From contig CAWIXE010000002.1 of NCBI GenBank assembly GCA_963840035.1, forward strand, positions 256,001-320,000: a stretch of 64,000 nt of DNA, in the 5' to 3' direction. Each line of letters starts with the position of its first letter. Position 1 is the first letter of the stretch. Shown here piece by piece: positions 40,783 to 49,717 of this stretch. The DNA is from a candidate division FCPU426 bacterium. GTDB taxonomy: Bacteria > Oederibacteriota > PGYV01 > Palsa-1178. The notes beneath the pieces were generated by a model, which saw only the letters and a list, made by a program, of their open reading frames with translations, made no database searches and was not told the origin of the DNA. Position numbers and translations under genes: made by a program.

Positions 40783-41304
40783 ATGAAGAAGATAATATCA
40801 ATTGCAATGACGGTGATTATTTTGTTACTGTCATCAGGATGCGCTACTTTTACAAACAAGGAAACAGGGCGGCAGGAAGTTGTGGTAAAAAGCGACGCCA
40901 TAGCGCCTGTTGAGATTATTTCCGCCCTGGGCGGTTTGACTTTAGGCGGGATAATGGCTTCGCAAACCGGTTCCGGACTTGGCCAGGCAGGCTTGGTTTT
41001 GGGTACCGGGCTGTTTTTCTATGGATTTGGCAGTATGATGGTTGCGAATTCATACAAAGATCAATACCGCAATACAGCGATTTTGTCCGGCTACCTGGCG
41101 GGCATGGCGGCCGGAATAGGCGCAGCCATATATGAAGGAAATGACATGGTTAAAAATGGCGGGTCTATCGGCGGAGTTATGGCGTTCGTAGTCAGCCCTT
41201 TCATCATAGCAGGCTGCGCGTTTATCGGCGCGGGGCTCGGCAATGTTGCAGGGCATGTCATGGATATTTTTAACGGAGGAACAGGGGAAGGCAAAGCTAA
41301 TTAA
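40783..41304 (+). CDS. Glycine-zipper lipoprotein (alternative in-frame start at 40699)
   Basis: MKKII...LSSGC lipobox; GxxxG helices. Confidence 0.7.
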   Translation: MKKIISIAMTVIILLLSSGCATFTNKETGRQEVVVKSDAIAPVEIISALGGLTLGGIMASQTGSGLGQAGLVLGTGLFFYGFGSMMVANSYKDQYRNTAILSGYLAGMAAGIGAAIYEGNDMVKNGGSIGGVMAFVVSPFIIAGCAFIGAGLGNVAGHVMDIFNGGTGEGKAN

Positions 41305-41339
41305 TAATAGCCCCTTCGTTAGGCTCTGTTATTGTCCCG

Positions 41340-41363
41340 GTAGCCGCAGCCTTCAGGCTGCGA
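41340..41363 (+). repeat. GTAG-type REP-like palindrome (identical to the copy at 32610)
   Basis: GTAGCCGCAGCCTTCAGGCTGCGA; a further GTAG hairpin starts at 41412. Confidence 0.75.
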
Positions 41364-41469
41364 AAGGCAAGTTTTGTTTTCACAGCCTGTAATTAGTGAC
41401 ACCAGGTTTTTGTAGAGCCGCTGCCTGCTGCGGCTCAAAGCAGGCGCTAAAGCCTGTCAGGAGGGGGAT

Positions 41470-41823
41470 ATGAAAAAAATTACCATAATAATCGTGGCTG
41501 TTATGATCTTATCTGTATTTTCAGGCTGCGCCACTTTTCGCGAGGTCCCGGGGGAAAAACTAACGCAAAAAGAGGAAACATTGAGAAGTGTATACAAGGC
41601 TTCGGTTATTACCGGAGCGGGTATCGGGCTGATAGCGGGAATTGTGGGGGCGTGTACCTATAAGCCGTCTGTCTGGTTCAGACCGCCGCAGTGGTCCGTG
41701 TTTGCCATAGAAATACCGGTAATGACCTGTTTTGGATGGCTTGTGGGTACAGGTGTTGGGGCGGTTACATATGAGCTGGGCAAGGGAGCGGAGTTAAGGC
41801 AGGAAACAACTGCCAATGAATGA
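41470..41823 (+). CDS. Small glycine-zipper lipoprotein
   Basis: Lipobox FSGC-ATF, same SGCATF as the upstream gene; SD GGAGG. Confidence 0.75.
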   Translation: MKKITIIIVAVMILSVFSGCATFREVPGEKLTQKEETLRSVYKASVITGAGIGLIAGIVGACTYKPSVWFRPPQWSVFAIEIPVMTCFGWLVGTGVGAVTYELGKGAELRQETTANE

Positions 41824-41914
41824 TGAAAAGGCCGGTTAAATTTCCTGCCGCGGCGAAGGACTTAAAACGTAAATTCCTCTTTTAATACACAACTCTTTCA
41901 TATATAATACCTGC

Positions 41915-43600
41915 ATGCCAATAATACACAAACTAAAAACAGACATCAAAGACGCCATAAAGGAAAAGACCGGAATTGACGCCGCTGAAGGGTCGTTTCA
42001 GCTTACCCCTCCGCCTGCCAACCAGCCGGGGCATTTCGGCACAAACGCCGCCATGGCAATCGCCAAACAGCTCAAAAAGAACCCCTTTGACATAGCCTCT
42101 GACTTAGCCGCATGCCTTAAATCAAAAGACTACATAACTGAAGCTGAGGCCATACGGCCCGGGTATGTGAATATCACCCTGAAAAGCGCCGCGTACAGCG
42201 CGGAACTTGCGGCGGCACTTTCCGATAATTCATTTTTCAGGAACAATTCCGGAAACGGAAAATCAATTAATATGGAATTTGTCTCGGCCAACCCGGTGGG
42301 GCCGCTTAATATTGTCAGCGGCAGGGCGGCGGCTTACGGCGATACGCTGGCGAACATCCTTGATTACTCCGGTTATAAGGTCACGAGGGAAACATACGTA
42401 AATGATTTCGGAAGGCAGATGCATTTATTCGCGCTCTCCCTCATGGCGCGTTACCTCCAGCTCTACGGCAATAATATAAGCGTGCCCGAAGAAGGTTACC
42501 AGGGCGAATACGTCACTGAAGTGGCAAAGGCGTTCAAGGAAGAGAAAGGCGACGGTTATTTTAAGGCCCTCGGGGAAGTAACGGAACTTGAGAAGTGCGT
42601 GAAGTATGACGACTTCAGGGCTTTCGGGTTAAAGCATATCCTGGCGTGGCAGAAAAAGACCCTTGAGAATTTTGGGGTGAAGTTTGATGTCTGGTTTTCT
42701 GAGACACTGCTCCACACTAATAAGGAAGTAGACGCCGCCTTTAAGATAATAGAATCGCGGGGCCTGTTCTTTGAGCAGGAAGGCGCTACATGGTTTAGGA
42801 CCACGGATTTCGGGGACGATAAGGACAGGGTGGTAAAAAAGTCCGACGGAGACTACACGTATTTTGCCTCTGATATAGCGTATGTACAGAATAAGGTGAA
42901 AAGAGGGGCGGACATAGTCATAAATATACTCGGCCCCGACCACCACGGGTATGTAAAAAGGCTCGAGTCCATCATGCAGGGGCTTGGCTATGATAAGGAA
43001 CGCATTAAGGTCATAATCCTACAGCAGGTAAACCTCATTGAGGCCGGGGAAAAGATGAAGATGTCCAAGAGGGCGGGTAATTTTGTCTCGCTTGATGAAT
43101 TATTGGAAAGCGTGGGCAAGGACGCGTCCCGTTATTTCTTCGTTATGAGGAACTATACGTCACATCTTGATTTTGACATACAGCTTGCCAAGGAACAGTC
43201 GGATAAAAATCCTGTATTCTACATACAGTACGCGTACGCGCGCATATGCTCCATATTTGTAAACGCCGGGGTAAAGCCGGCGGAAGTTAAGGCCGAAGGC
43301 GTTGATTTCTCAGTCCTTGAAAAAGAGGAGCTTGATATAATCCGCAGGATAATTTCACTGCCGGATGACATAAAAGACGCGGCTGATAAATACACTCCGT
43401 CAGGCCTTGTGCAGGCTGTCTTTGACATGGCAGGCGCCTTTCATACTTTCTACAACAAACACCGCGTCATCATAGATGATAAGGCTGTAATGGGGAAGAG
43501 ACTCTACATCATGGCCGCGCTGAAAAAGGCTTTTGACACATGCTTCGCGCTTCTGGGGATTACGTTAGAAGAAAATGTAATTTTCAATTTTCAATTTTAG
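41915..43600 (+). CDS. argS: Arginine--tRNA ligase
   Basis: EFVSANP.GPL, DDKDRV.KSDG.YTYFASD, GPDHHGY, KMSKRAG, NPVFYIQYA.AR. Confidence 0.97.
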   Translation: MPIIHKLKTDIKDAIKEKTGIDAAEGSFQLTPPPANQPGHFGTNAAMAIAKQLKKNPFDIASDLAACLKSKDYITEAEAIRPGYVNITLKSAAYSAELAAALSDNSFFRNNSGNGKSINMEFVSANPVGPLNIVSGRAAAYGDTLANILDYSGYKVTRETYVNDFGRQMHLFALSLMARYLQLYGNNISVPEEGYQGEYVTEVAKAFKEEKGDGYFKALGEVTELEKCVKYDDFRAFGLKHILAWQKKTLENFGVKFDVWFSETLLHTNKEVDAAFKIIESRGLFFEQEGATWFRTTDFGDDKDRVVKKSDGDYTYFASDIAYVQNKVKRGADIVINILGPDHHGYVKRLESIMQGLGYDKERIKVIILQQVNLIEAGEKMKMSKRAGNFVSLDELLESVGKDASRYFFVMRNYTSHLDFDIQLAKEQSDKNPVFYIQYAYARICSIFVNAGVKPAEVKAEGVDFSVLEKEELDIIRRIISLPDDIKDAADKYTPSGLVQAVFDMAGAFHTFYNKHRVIIDDKAVMGKRLYIMAALKKAFDTCFALLGITLEENVIFNFQF

Positions 43601-43699
43601 ATTTTCAATTGAAACCATGTTTTATAATCTAATATCAACATATGGCAGTAGTCTTTGTTATGTACTTAATTGAAAATTGAAAATTTAGAATTGAAAATT
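43579..43699. repeat. Heptamer (TTTTCAA) inverted-repeat element
   Basis: AATTTTCAATTTTCAATTTTAGATTTTCAATT ... AATTGAAAATTGAAAATTTAGAATTGAAAATT. Confidence 0.85.
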
Positions 43700-43927
43700 C
43701 ATCCCTGATTAACCACTTAATCAAAAACCTCCAAAAATTAAAAATCAACCTTTTTGTTTCACGTTAAACTTTTTACGAAAGCGATTGCGAAAGCGGTTGT
43801 AGATATTTCGTAAACACCCCATTTTTGACAAAAACAAACGTGTGTGAGATATTACATATGGGGGAAGAGGTGTTTTTTTTTGGCTTCTTATTTAAATGTT
43901 TAAATAGACTAAAAAAGGAGAAAAACA

Positions 43928-46900
43928 ATGGCACAAATCAGGGGCGCGGCAATGATTTTAGCCTTATGTTTCACGTTTGCATTCCCCGTATTCGCACAAC
44001 AGCCAAAGATAGTATCCGTTACCATGGACCCTCCAAGCCCCGGTTACGGTGATGTCGTAAATATAACCGTTACCATGTGTGTCAGCCTTTATAATAAAAC
44101 TTTCATGGACCTGGCAATATCATCTTATCCTACGCGGCAGGTACCGGGTTCAGGCGGACAGGTATTCCTGGTGCACGGCACGAATGTTGATAATTCAGCC
44201 ATCATAGACATGCCGCTTGTAAACATGCCAAATGCCATGGGCGCAAGTTTCGCCATGAATGTCACTTACACCGCGGGTGACTGCCTTGACTGCGCTCCGG
44301 GAACTCCTGATACAGGCAGGACTGTCACAAAAGTTTATAAGGTGCATATTCCAAGGCCCGAGGATTTTACTGCCTGTACCATACCCGCGCTTTATCTGCA
44401 TGTGGGCGCGAAGTATTCAAACTTAAATACGAGCGACTGGACCACTCTTTCCGGGCCGCCAAACGGCTGCCCTACAAGCGCGGCGGTCATAAGCTGGCCG
44501 GTGGAAACACCTCCGGCAAGTTTTGGAATATCAAAAAGGTCGGAGGGTTTTTTGGAAACTGCCGGGGACCTTATCCTTTATTCCATAGATTACAATTATG
44601 CCAACAGCAGCGGGCTGCAGATCATAGACGCCATACCGTCGCCCGGTACTTTTACCCTTATTTCATACGGGCCGTCTTCCATACCGCTTGGAAGCGTGAT
44701 CGCGCCGCCCGGCCCGAACCCCACAAGCGGGACCTTCACGTGGAATTTTCCCGGAAGGCTGGGCGAGCCGGGCAGACAGGAAGGCACGGCCTGGATGCTC
44801 CTTAGAATAAACAGCACTCCCGGAGGGACCGCAGTATTTACCAATAACGCCACCGCAAAGATGGCCGGGTTTCCTGACATCAACAGGCAGGTGCAGACAA
44901 GGGCGGGCCTGCCCGCGATATCGCTTTCAAAGGACCAGAGCGCGAACTCGGTGAACCTCGGCGATACCATAACATATTTCCTTTCATATAATGTAAATGG
45001 ATACGCGCTGCGTAATTTCCAGGGAATAGACAATCTGGCCAACGGCTCTTACAGCGCTGTCAGGCCGGACGGATGGAAGTTCCTTCCATTTGGCGCGGAC
45101 CCGGGGACGTGGGTGGTTTCCGACGCATGCGGCACCGGCGATAAGACCATAAAGGCAAGCTCGTCAAGTAATTCGAGCTATCCCGCCCTGCTGCTGGAGG
45201 ACGGGGATAATTTAAATGACAGCGACCAGTTCTGCACCGGCATGATAGTATCTGATTTTTACATAGACCCCGGAACATACGAGGGCGCTGACGCGCAGAT
45301 AATAATACGGAACAACGGGAAGACCGGTTCGGATGCAAGGTCCATTGGAATAGTGGCGTCCATAGACAATTTCCCCGGCCCGGGTAATTTCTTTTACCAG
45401 AAGTGCGGAGGGACCCCGCAGTGGTGCGGCGATGGCGGAGGTTCGGCATACCCCGGGTCAGGAGTTACCGCGCGCATAGGAAACATATCGGCGTTAAAGT
45501 GGTACAGGGTAAGGATAAGAGTTACAGCCATTGCCGGCGGCCAGAGAATTGAGGCAAAAATATGGGCAAGGGGAGACCCCGAACCTTCGTTATATGACAT
45601 TGCATATAATGACGCAAACCTCGGGACTAATGACTGGAAATGCGACGGCTCCGCGGGTTCGCTTTCCACGGACTGGCGGCCGGGCGTAAATGAACAGCCC
45701 GGCACGAACGGAAGCGTCAGGGATGTGTATGATAACTTCGCGATGTACGAAGCCAGGGGTTTCGGAAACGCGTTTGTGACGGATACGGTGCCGGCTGGAA
45801 TGACCTTTGCCGGGTGCAACGGCTGCTTAAATAACGGCCACGTCCCGGTCAGGTGGGACCTGGGCGCACATATAGAAAATGAGAGCGGGTCGCTTACATG
45901 GTGGGGGGTCCCGGATTGCACGGAAAACCCTGTAGTAAATGTTTCTATGATAAGTTCTGACGCTAACTTTCCCGTATTTTCAAATGAAACTTCGCTTAAA
46001 GTCATCGGATGCAATACTCCGACCGTCACTCCGACCAAGACAATGACATCCACTTTTACCGAGACTCCCACTGCAACTCCCACGCGCACTGCAACGCCTA
46101 CATATACCTACACTCTTACGGCGACCGAGACATCAACAAAGACCGCGACCCCGACCGCGACTTCCACCAGGACTGCCACGCCGACATTTACATTTACCCG
46201 CACTGCGACGGACACATATACCAGCACAGCCACTCCGACGGAAACAAGCACCAAGACCGCGACGCCTACCGCGACTGACACGAAGACATCCACCCCGACT
46301 TACACTATGACCTCCACGAGGACCTACACTCCCACCCCCACGGATACATTTACCGTCACCCATACGCGCACTGCCACGCCCACATATACATGCACGGAAA
46401 CCATATCATCAAATACGCCCACTTTTACCAGGACTTTCACCGCGACATCTACCGCCACGCCGACGTTTACAGCCACGCAGACGTATACCCCAACTTACAC
46501 GCCCACGGATACGTATACTGCCACGCCGACTTATACCATGACGCAGACGCCGTTTGTGGCTTCGCCGACGTCCACATACACAGCCACCAAAACGGCGACG
46601 GAAACGAATACCTATACAGCCACGTCCACGGCAACCCCCACTTATACTTCCACGCACACCCTGACTTCGACGCCCACATTTACATTCACCATAACGCAGT
46701 CATCCACGCGCACATCGACGCCCACGTTTACGGCCACGCCCACAATTACAGGATCGCCGACCATCACGCCTACAAGGGCGCCGTACCCGTTCTTTGTAAC
46801 CATCGGGGTATACAGCGAGAACGGCGAGCTGGTGAGATATATAGGGGAGTGGCCCACCACGCACATGATATCAAGCGCCGAGTTCACCATAGCGGGGCCG

Positions 46901-47740
46901 GTTGACGACGGCATGGTTTCCGGTGAATCGGTCATGACCATATATTTCCCGGGCGTTGAGACGGAGCAGACGCTCGGCCAGGGAGGAACATATGTCACCT
47001 GGGACGGTAAGAACAGCGGCGGCCAGGCGGTAAATTCCGGGCCGTATTATGTTTCGATAATTGAAGTTGACAAATATGACCATACGAACACGATGACGCG
47101 GGAAGTCACCATACTGCAGGGCATCTCGTACATGGAAATGAACATATTCAACACGGCGGGGGAATTAATCTATACTAAAAAAGAGATGAATAAAAAACCC
47201 AAGGACAGGATCATCCTGCGCCTGCCCGAAGAAATTTTGATAAATAAGGACGGCGGCAATGAAGTGAAAATATCCTATGGAAACGGGCCGGATGATTTCT
47301 TTTCGTGGGACGGAAGGAATAACCAGGGCATCGCTGTCACAAGCGGAACTTATGAGATGCAGGTAATATACAGCAATGAGAAAGGGCTTGTCACGGAAGG
47401 GTCCCGCCCGGTACAGATACTCAGGGAAGGCAAAAAATACCTGGGCGAGATAAAAACCTACCCGTGCCCGTACGCGGGGACAGCCGGGGGCATTACCATA
47501 AGCTGGGGCCCCGCATGCCAGGGAAAAGCCACAGTCATCATATATAACGTCGCCGGCGAGAACGTAAAAGAGATAACCTGCGGCCTTGAGGACGGAAAAA
47601 CCGTATGGGATGCCAGGTCCACAGGCGGAGACCCTGCCAGCGCCGGCATTTACATGTACAGCGTCGAGGCCAAAAATAAGGACGGCTACCTGGAGAAAAA
47701 GACGGGTAAGTTGGCGATAAGTAAAAGCAGGAAAAGATAA
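43928..47740 (+). CDS. Large secreted/surface protein: Cys-containing beta domains (DUF11/lectin-like), Thr/Pro-rich linker, C-terminal FlgD-Ig-like repeats
   Basis: Signal peptide; ~250-aa TPT-rich tract; three (I/V)Y/FN..GE.(V/I)...WDG/A....G....G.Y units. Confidence 0.85.
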   Translation: MAQIRGAAMILALCFTFAFPVFAQQPKIVSVTMDPPSPGYGDVVNITVTMCVSLYNKTFMDLAISSYPTRQVPGSGGQVFLVHGTNVDNSAIIDMPLVNMPNAMGASFAMNVTYTAGDCLDCAPGTPDTGRTVTKVYKVHIPRPEDFTACTIPALYLHVGAKYSNLNTSDWTTLSGPPNGCPTSAAVISWPVETPPASFGISKRSEGFLETAGDLILYSIDYNYANSSGLQIIDAIPSPGTFTLISYGPSSIPLGSVIAPPGPNPTSGTFTWNFPGRLGEPGRQEGTAWMLLRINSTPGGTAVFTNNATAKMAGFPDINRQVQTRAGLPAISLSKDQSANSVNLGDTITYFLSYNVNGYALRNFQGIDNLANGSYSAVRPDGWKFLPFGADPGTWVVSDACGTGDKTIKASSSSNSSYPALLLEDGDNLNDSDQFCTGMIVSDFYIDPGTYEGADAQIIIRNNGKTGSDARSIGIVASIDNFPGPGNFFYQKCGGTPQWCGDGGGSAYPGSGVTARIGNISALKWYRVRIRVTAIAGGQRIEAKIWARGDPEPSLYDIAYNDANLGTNDWKCDGSAGSLSTDWRPGVNEQPGTNGSVRDVYDNFAMYEARGFGNAFVTDTVPAGMTFAGCNGCLNNGHVPVRWDLGAHIENESGSLTWWGVPDCTENPVVNVSMISSDANFPVFSNETSLKVIGCNTPTVTPTKTMTSTFTETPTATPTRTATPTYTYTLTATETSTKTATPTATSTRTATPTFTFTRTATDTYTSTATPTETSTKTATPTATDTKTSTPTYTMTSTRTYTPTPTDTFTVTHTRTATPTYTCTETISSNTPTFTRTFTATSTATPTFTATQTYTPTYTPTDTYTATPTYTMTQTPFVASPTSTYTATKTATETNTYTATSTATPTYTSTHTLTSTPTFTFTITQSSTRTSTPTFTATPTITGSPTITPTRAPYPFFVTIGVYSENGELVRYIGEWPTTHMISSAEFTIAGPVDDGMVSGESVMTIYFPGVETEQTLGQGGTYVTWDGKNSGGQAVNSGPYYVSIIEVDKYDHTNTMTREVTILQGISYMEMNIFNTAGELIYTKKEMNKKPKDRIILRLPEEILINKDGGNEVKISYGNGPDDFFSWDGRNNQGIAVTSGTYEMQVIYSNEKGLVTEGSRPVQILREGKKYLGEIKTYPCPYAGTAGGITISWGPACQGKATVIIYNVAGENVKEITCGLEDGKTVWDARSTGGDPASAGIYMYSVEAKNKDGYLEKKTGKLAISKSRKR

Positions 47741-47844
47741 TTTTATATTTTCAATTTTAAATTTTCAATTAAAGGCCTGAAATTGCCGCAGGCCCGTTTG
47801 TTTTGCCGTTTAATTGAAAATTGAAAATTCAGAATTGAAAATTC
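47739..47844. repeat. Heptamer (TTTTCAA) inverted-repeat element
   Basis: Right arm TTAATTGAAAATTGAAAATTCAGAATTGAAAATTC differs by 1 nt from the right arm ending at ~43700. Confidence 0.85.
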
Positions 47845-47923
47845 GTTTTATTATAGAATTTCCCCCCGTTTACTGCTATAATACTCCCGTTTTCAAATAA
47901 TTTATTTATTTTTGCGGGGGAAT

Positions 47924-48880
47924 ATGGCTGATCGCGATGTTGAAAAGGAATTAAAAGAGATAAAAGAAGAACTGAAAAAGCTGCAGAAGCTTGAAGTTTC
48001 GATACAGGAACGCTATGAGGAACTCTTAAAGAAGGAAGAGGCTTATTTAGGCGAAATCAATGAATCCATTGAAAAAGAGCTTACTGTTATTGTCCTGGGC
48101 ACCGTAAAAAAGACCATAAACAAGGAAATGACCGCCTTAAAGATGCTCAGGCGCCATATAAGAAACCAGGTGCGGCATCAGGTGTCAAAGGAAATCAAAT
48201 CCTCCATATCAAAACTCCTTCCCGAACTTAACAAAATGATCAAGGACGAAGTTAAAAAGACGTCGCTTGACATCATAAACCAGCTAAAAAGGCAGACAGG
48301 AAAACAGCTTGAAAAAGAAGTTGTTGAGCAGATTAAGGAATCTACATCCGCTCTCGTGGAACAAAAGGAAGAATCAGAACGCAAGGCCATCATTGATTCC
48401 TTAACCGGATGCTTTAACAGACGGTATTTTGAGACAAAACTTGAGGACGAGCTCAACCTCGCAAAAAGGTTCAGGACAAAAATAGCCCTTATCATGTTTG
48501 ATATAGACCACTTTAAAAAGGTAAACGACACATACGGGCACCAGGCCGGCGATACCGTACTTCAGGAAGTCGTGGTCACAGCCAAAAGCTGCCTTTCATC
48601 GGCTGACTCGCTGTGCAGGTACGGCGGCGAAGAATTCGCGGTCATCATGCCTGAGACGGAGATAAGCGAGGCCATAGACATAGCCGAGCGCATGAGGAAG
48701 GCTATAGAAGAGCACGCGTTCTACGGCGGAGAGACTTTGATTAACGTCACCATAAGCATAGGAATTTCGGAGTATCCGGAACACGCAATCATAAAGGAAG
48801 CCATCATAGAAAAGGCGGATGGCGCCCTTTACACCGCGAAGAACTCCGGCAGAAACAACACCAAAATCGCGATCAAATAA
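47924..48880 (+). CDS. Diguanylate cyclase with N-terminal coiled coil
   Basis: DSLTG, DIDHFK.VND.YGH, RYGGEEF. Confidence 0.93.
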   Translation: MADRDVEKELKEIKEELKKLQKLEVSIQERYEELLKKEEAYLGEINESIEKELTVIVLGTVKKTINKEMTALKMLRRHIRNQVRHQVSKEIKSSISKLLPELNKMIKDEVKKTSLDIINQLKRQTGKQLEKEVVEQIKESTSALVEQKEESERKAIIDSLTGCFNRRYFETKLEDELNLAKRFRTKIALIMFDIDHFKKVNDTYGHQAGDTVLQEVVVTAKSCLSSADSLCRYGGEEFAVIMPETEISEAIDIAERMRKAIEEHAFYGGETLINVTISIGISEYPEHAIIKEAIIEKADGALYTAKNSGRNNTKIAIK

Positions 48881-48882
48881 TA

Positions 48883-49623
48883 ATGTCTGAAAAAAACTAC
48901 AAGTGCGTAGTAGCATATGACGGGACCGGGTACCACGGATGGCAGAAACAGGAGTCGTTTGAAACCGTACAGGGAGTCATTGAATACGCCCTTGAAAAAC
49001 TTTTTGAAAAAAAGATCAGCGTTACTGCGGCAAGCCGCACCGACTCGGGCGTGCACGCGCACGGCAATGTTTTTAATTTCAAGGTTAAAACCCCTTACGC
49101 GGCTGACGGCATCCGCAGTCTTTTGAATACGCTTCTGCCGTCTGACATAAAGATTATGTCCTGCCGCGCCGCTGACGACAGGTTCTCGGCGCGCACCGGC
49201 GCGAAAAAAAAGTTTTACCGCTACATGATATGGAACAGGCCCAACATGCTGCCCGTGCACGTTGATTTCGCGTGGCACTTCAGGGACAGGATAAACGCGG
49301 ATAAAATCAGGGAAATAATCCCGCTTTTTATCGGAATGAAGAATTACCTGACTTTTTCGGCGGCCAGCTCGGACGCGAAAAGGTATGAGCGCGAGTTAAA
49401 GTCCATAACCGTGTCAAAAAAAGGCCCCTGGATCATAATAGATTACAAAGGAAAAAGCTTCCTTCATAATATGCTGCGTAAAGTCACGGCGGCGCTTGTA
49501 TACTACGCCAAGGGCTCGCTTACGCGCGCGCAGGTGGAAAAGATGTTTGAAAAGCAGGACCGCTCGCTGATGCAGTACATGGCGCCCCCGCAGGGGCTGT
49601 ATCTGGTGAAGATAATCTATTAA
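48883..49623 (+). CDS. truA: tRNA pseudouridine(38-40) synthase
   Basis: YDGTGYHGWQ, SRTDSGVHA, FLHNMLR, APPQGLYL. Confidence 0.96.
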   Translation: MSEKNYKCVVAYDGTGYHGWQKQESFETVQGVIEYALEKLFEKKISVTAASRTDSGVHAHGNVFNFKVKTPYAADGIRSLLNTLLPSDIKIMSCRAADDRFSARTGAKKKFYRYMIWNRPNMLPVHVDFAWHFRDRINADKIREIIPLFIGMKNYLTFSAASSDAKRYERELKSITVSKKGPWIIIDYKGKSFLHNMLRKVTAALVYYAKGSLTRAQVEKMFEKQDRSLMQYMAPPQGLYLVKIIY

Positions 49624-49704
49624 CTTGAAACTGAAAGCTGAAAACTGAAAGCTGGAGCGTTTTTAAGCTTCAACTTTCAGTTTTAAGTTTTAAATTTTAA
49701 GTTA
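49621..49704. repeat. Heptamer (CTGAAAG) inverted-repeat element
   Basis: 38-bp arms (49621-49658 / 49667-49704) with an 8-nt loop, running from the truA stop to the polA SD. Confidence 0.85.
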
Positions 49705-49717
49705 AAGGGAGTTTTGA

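Noticed and set aside
43565..43600. ArgRS C-terminal extension NVIFNFQF
   Set aside because: An out-of-frame ATGTAA in the A-run region matches the usual ...M* ending; read-through into the repeat is probably an indel error.
46009..46905. His/Arg-rich alternative-frame and antisense ORFs
   Set aside because: They are shadows of the Thr/Pro low-complexity tract.
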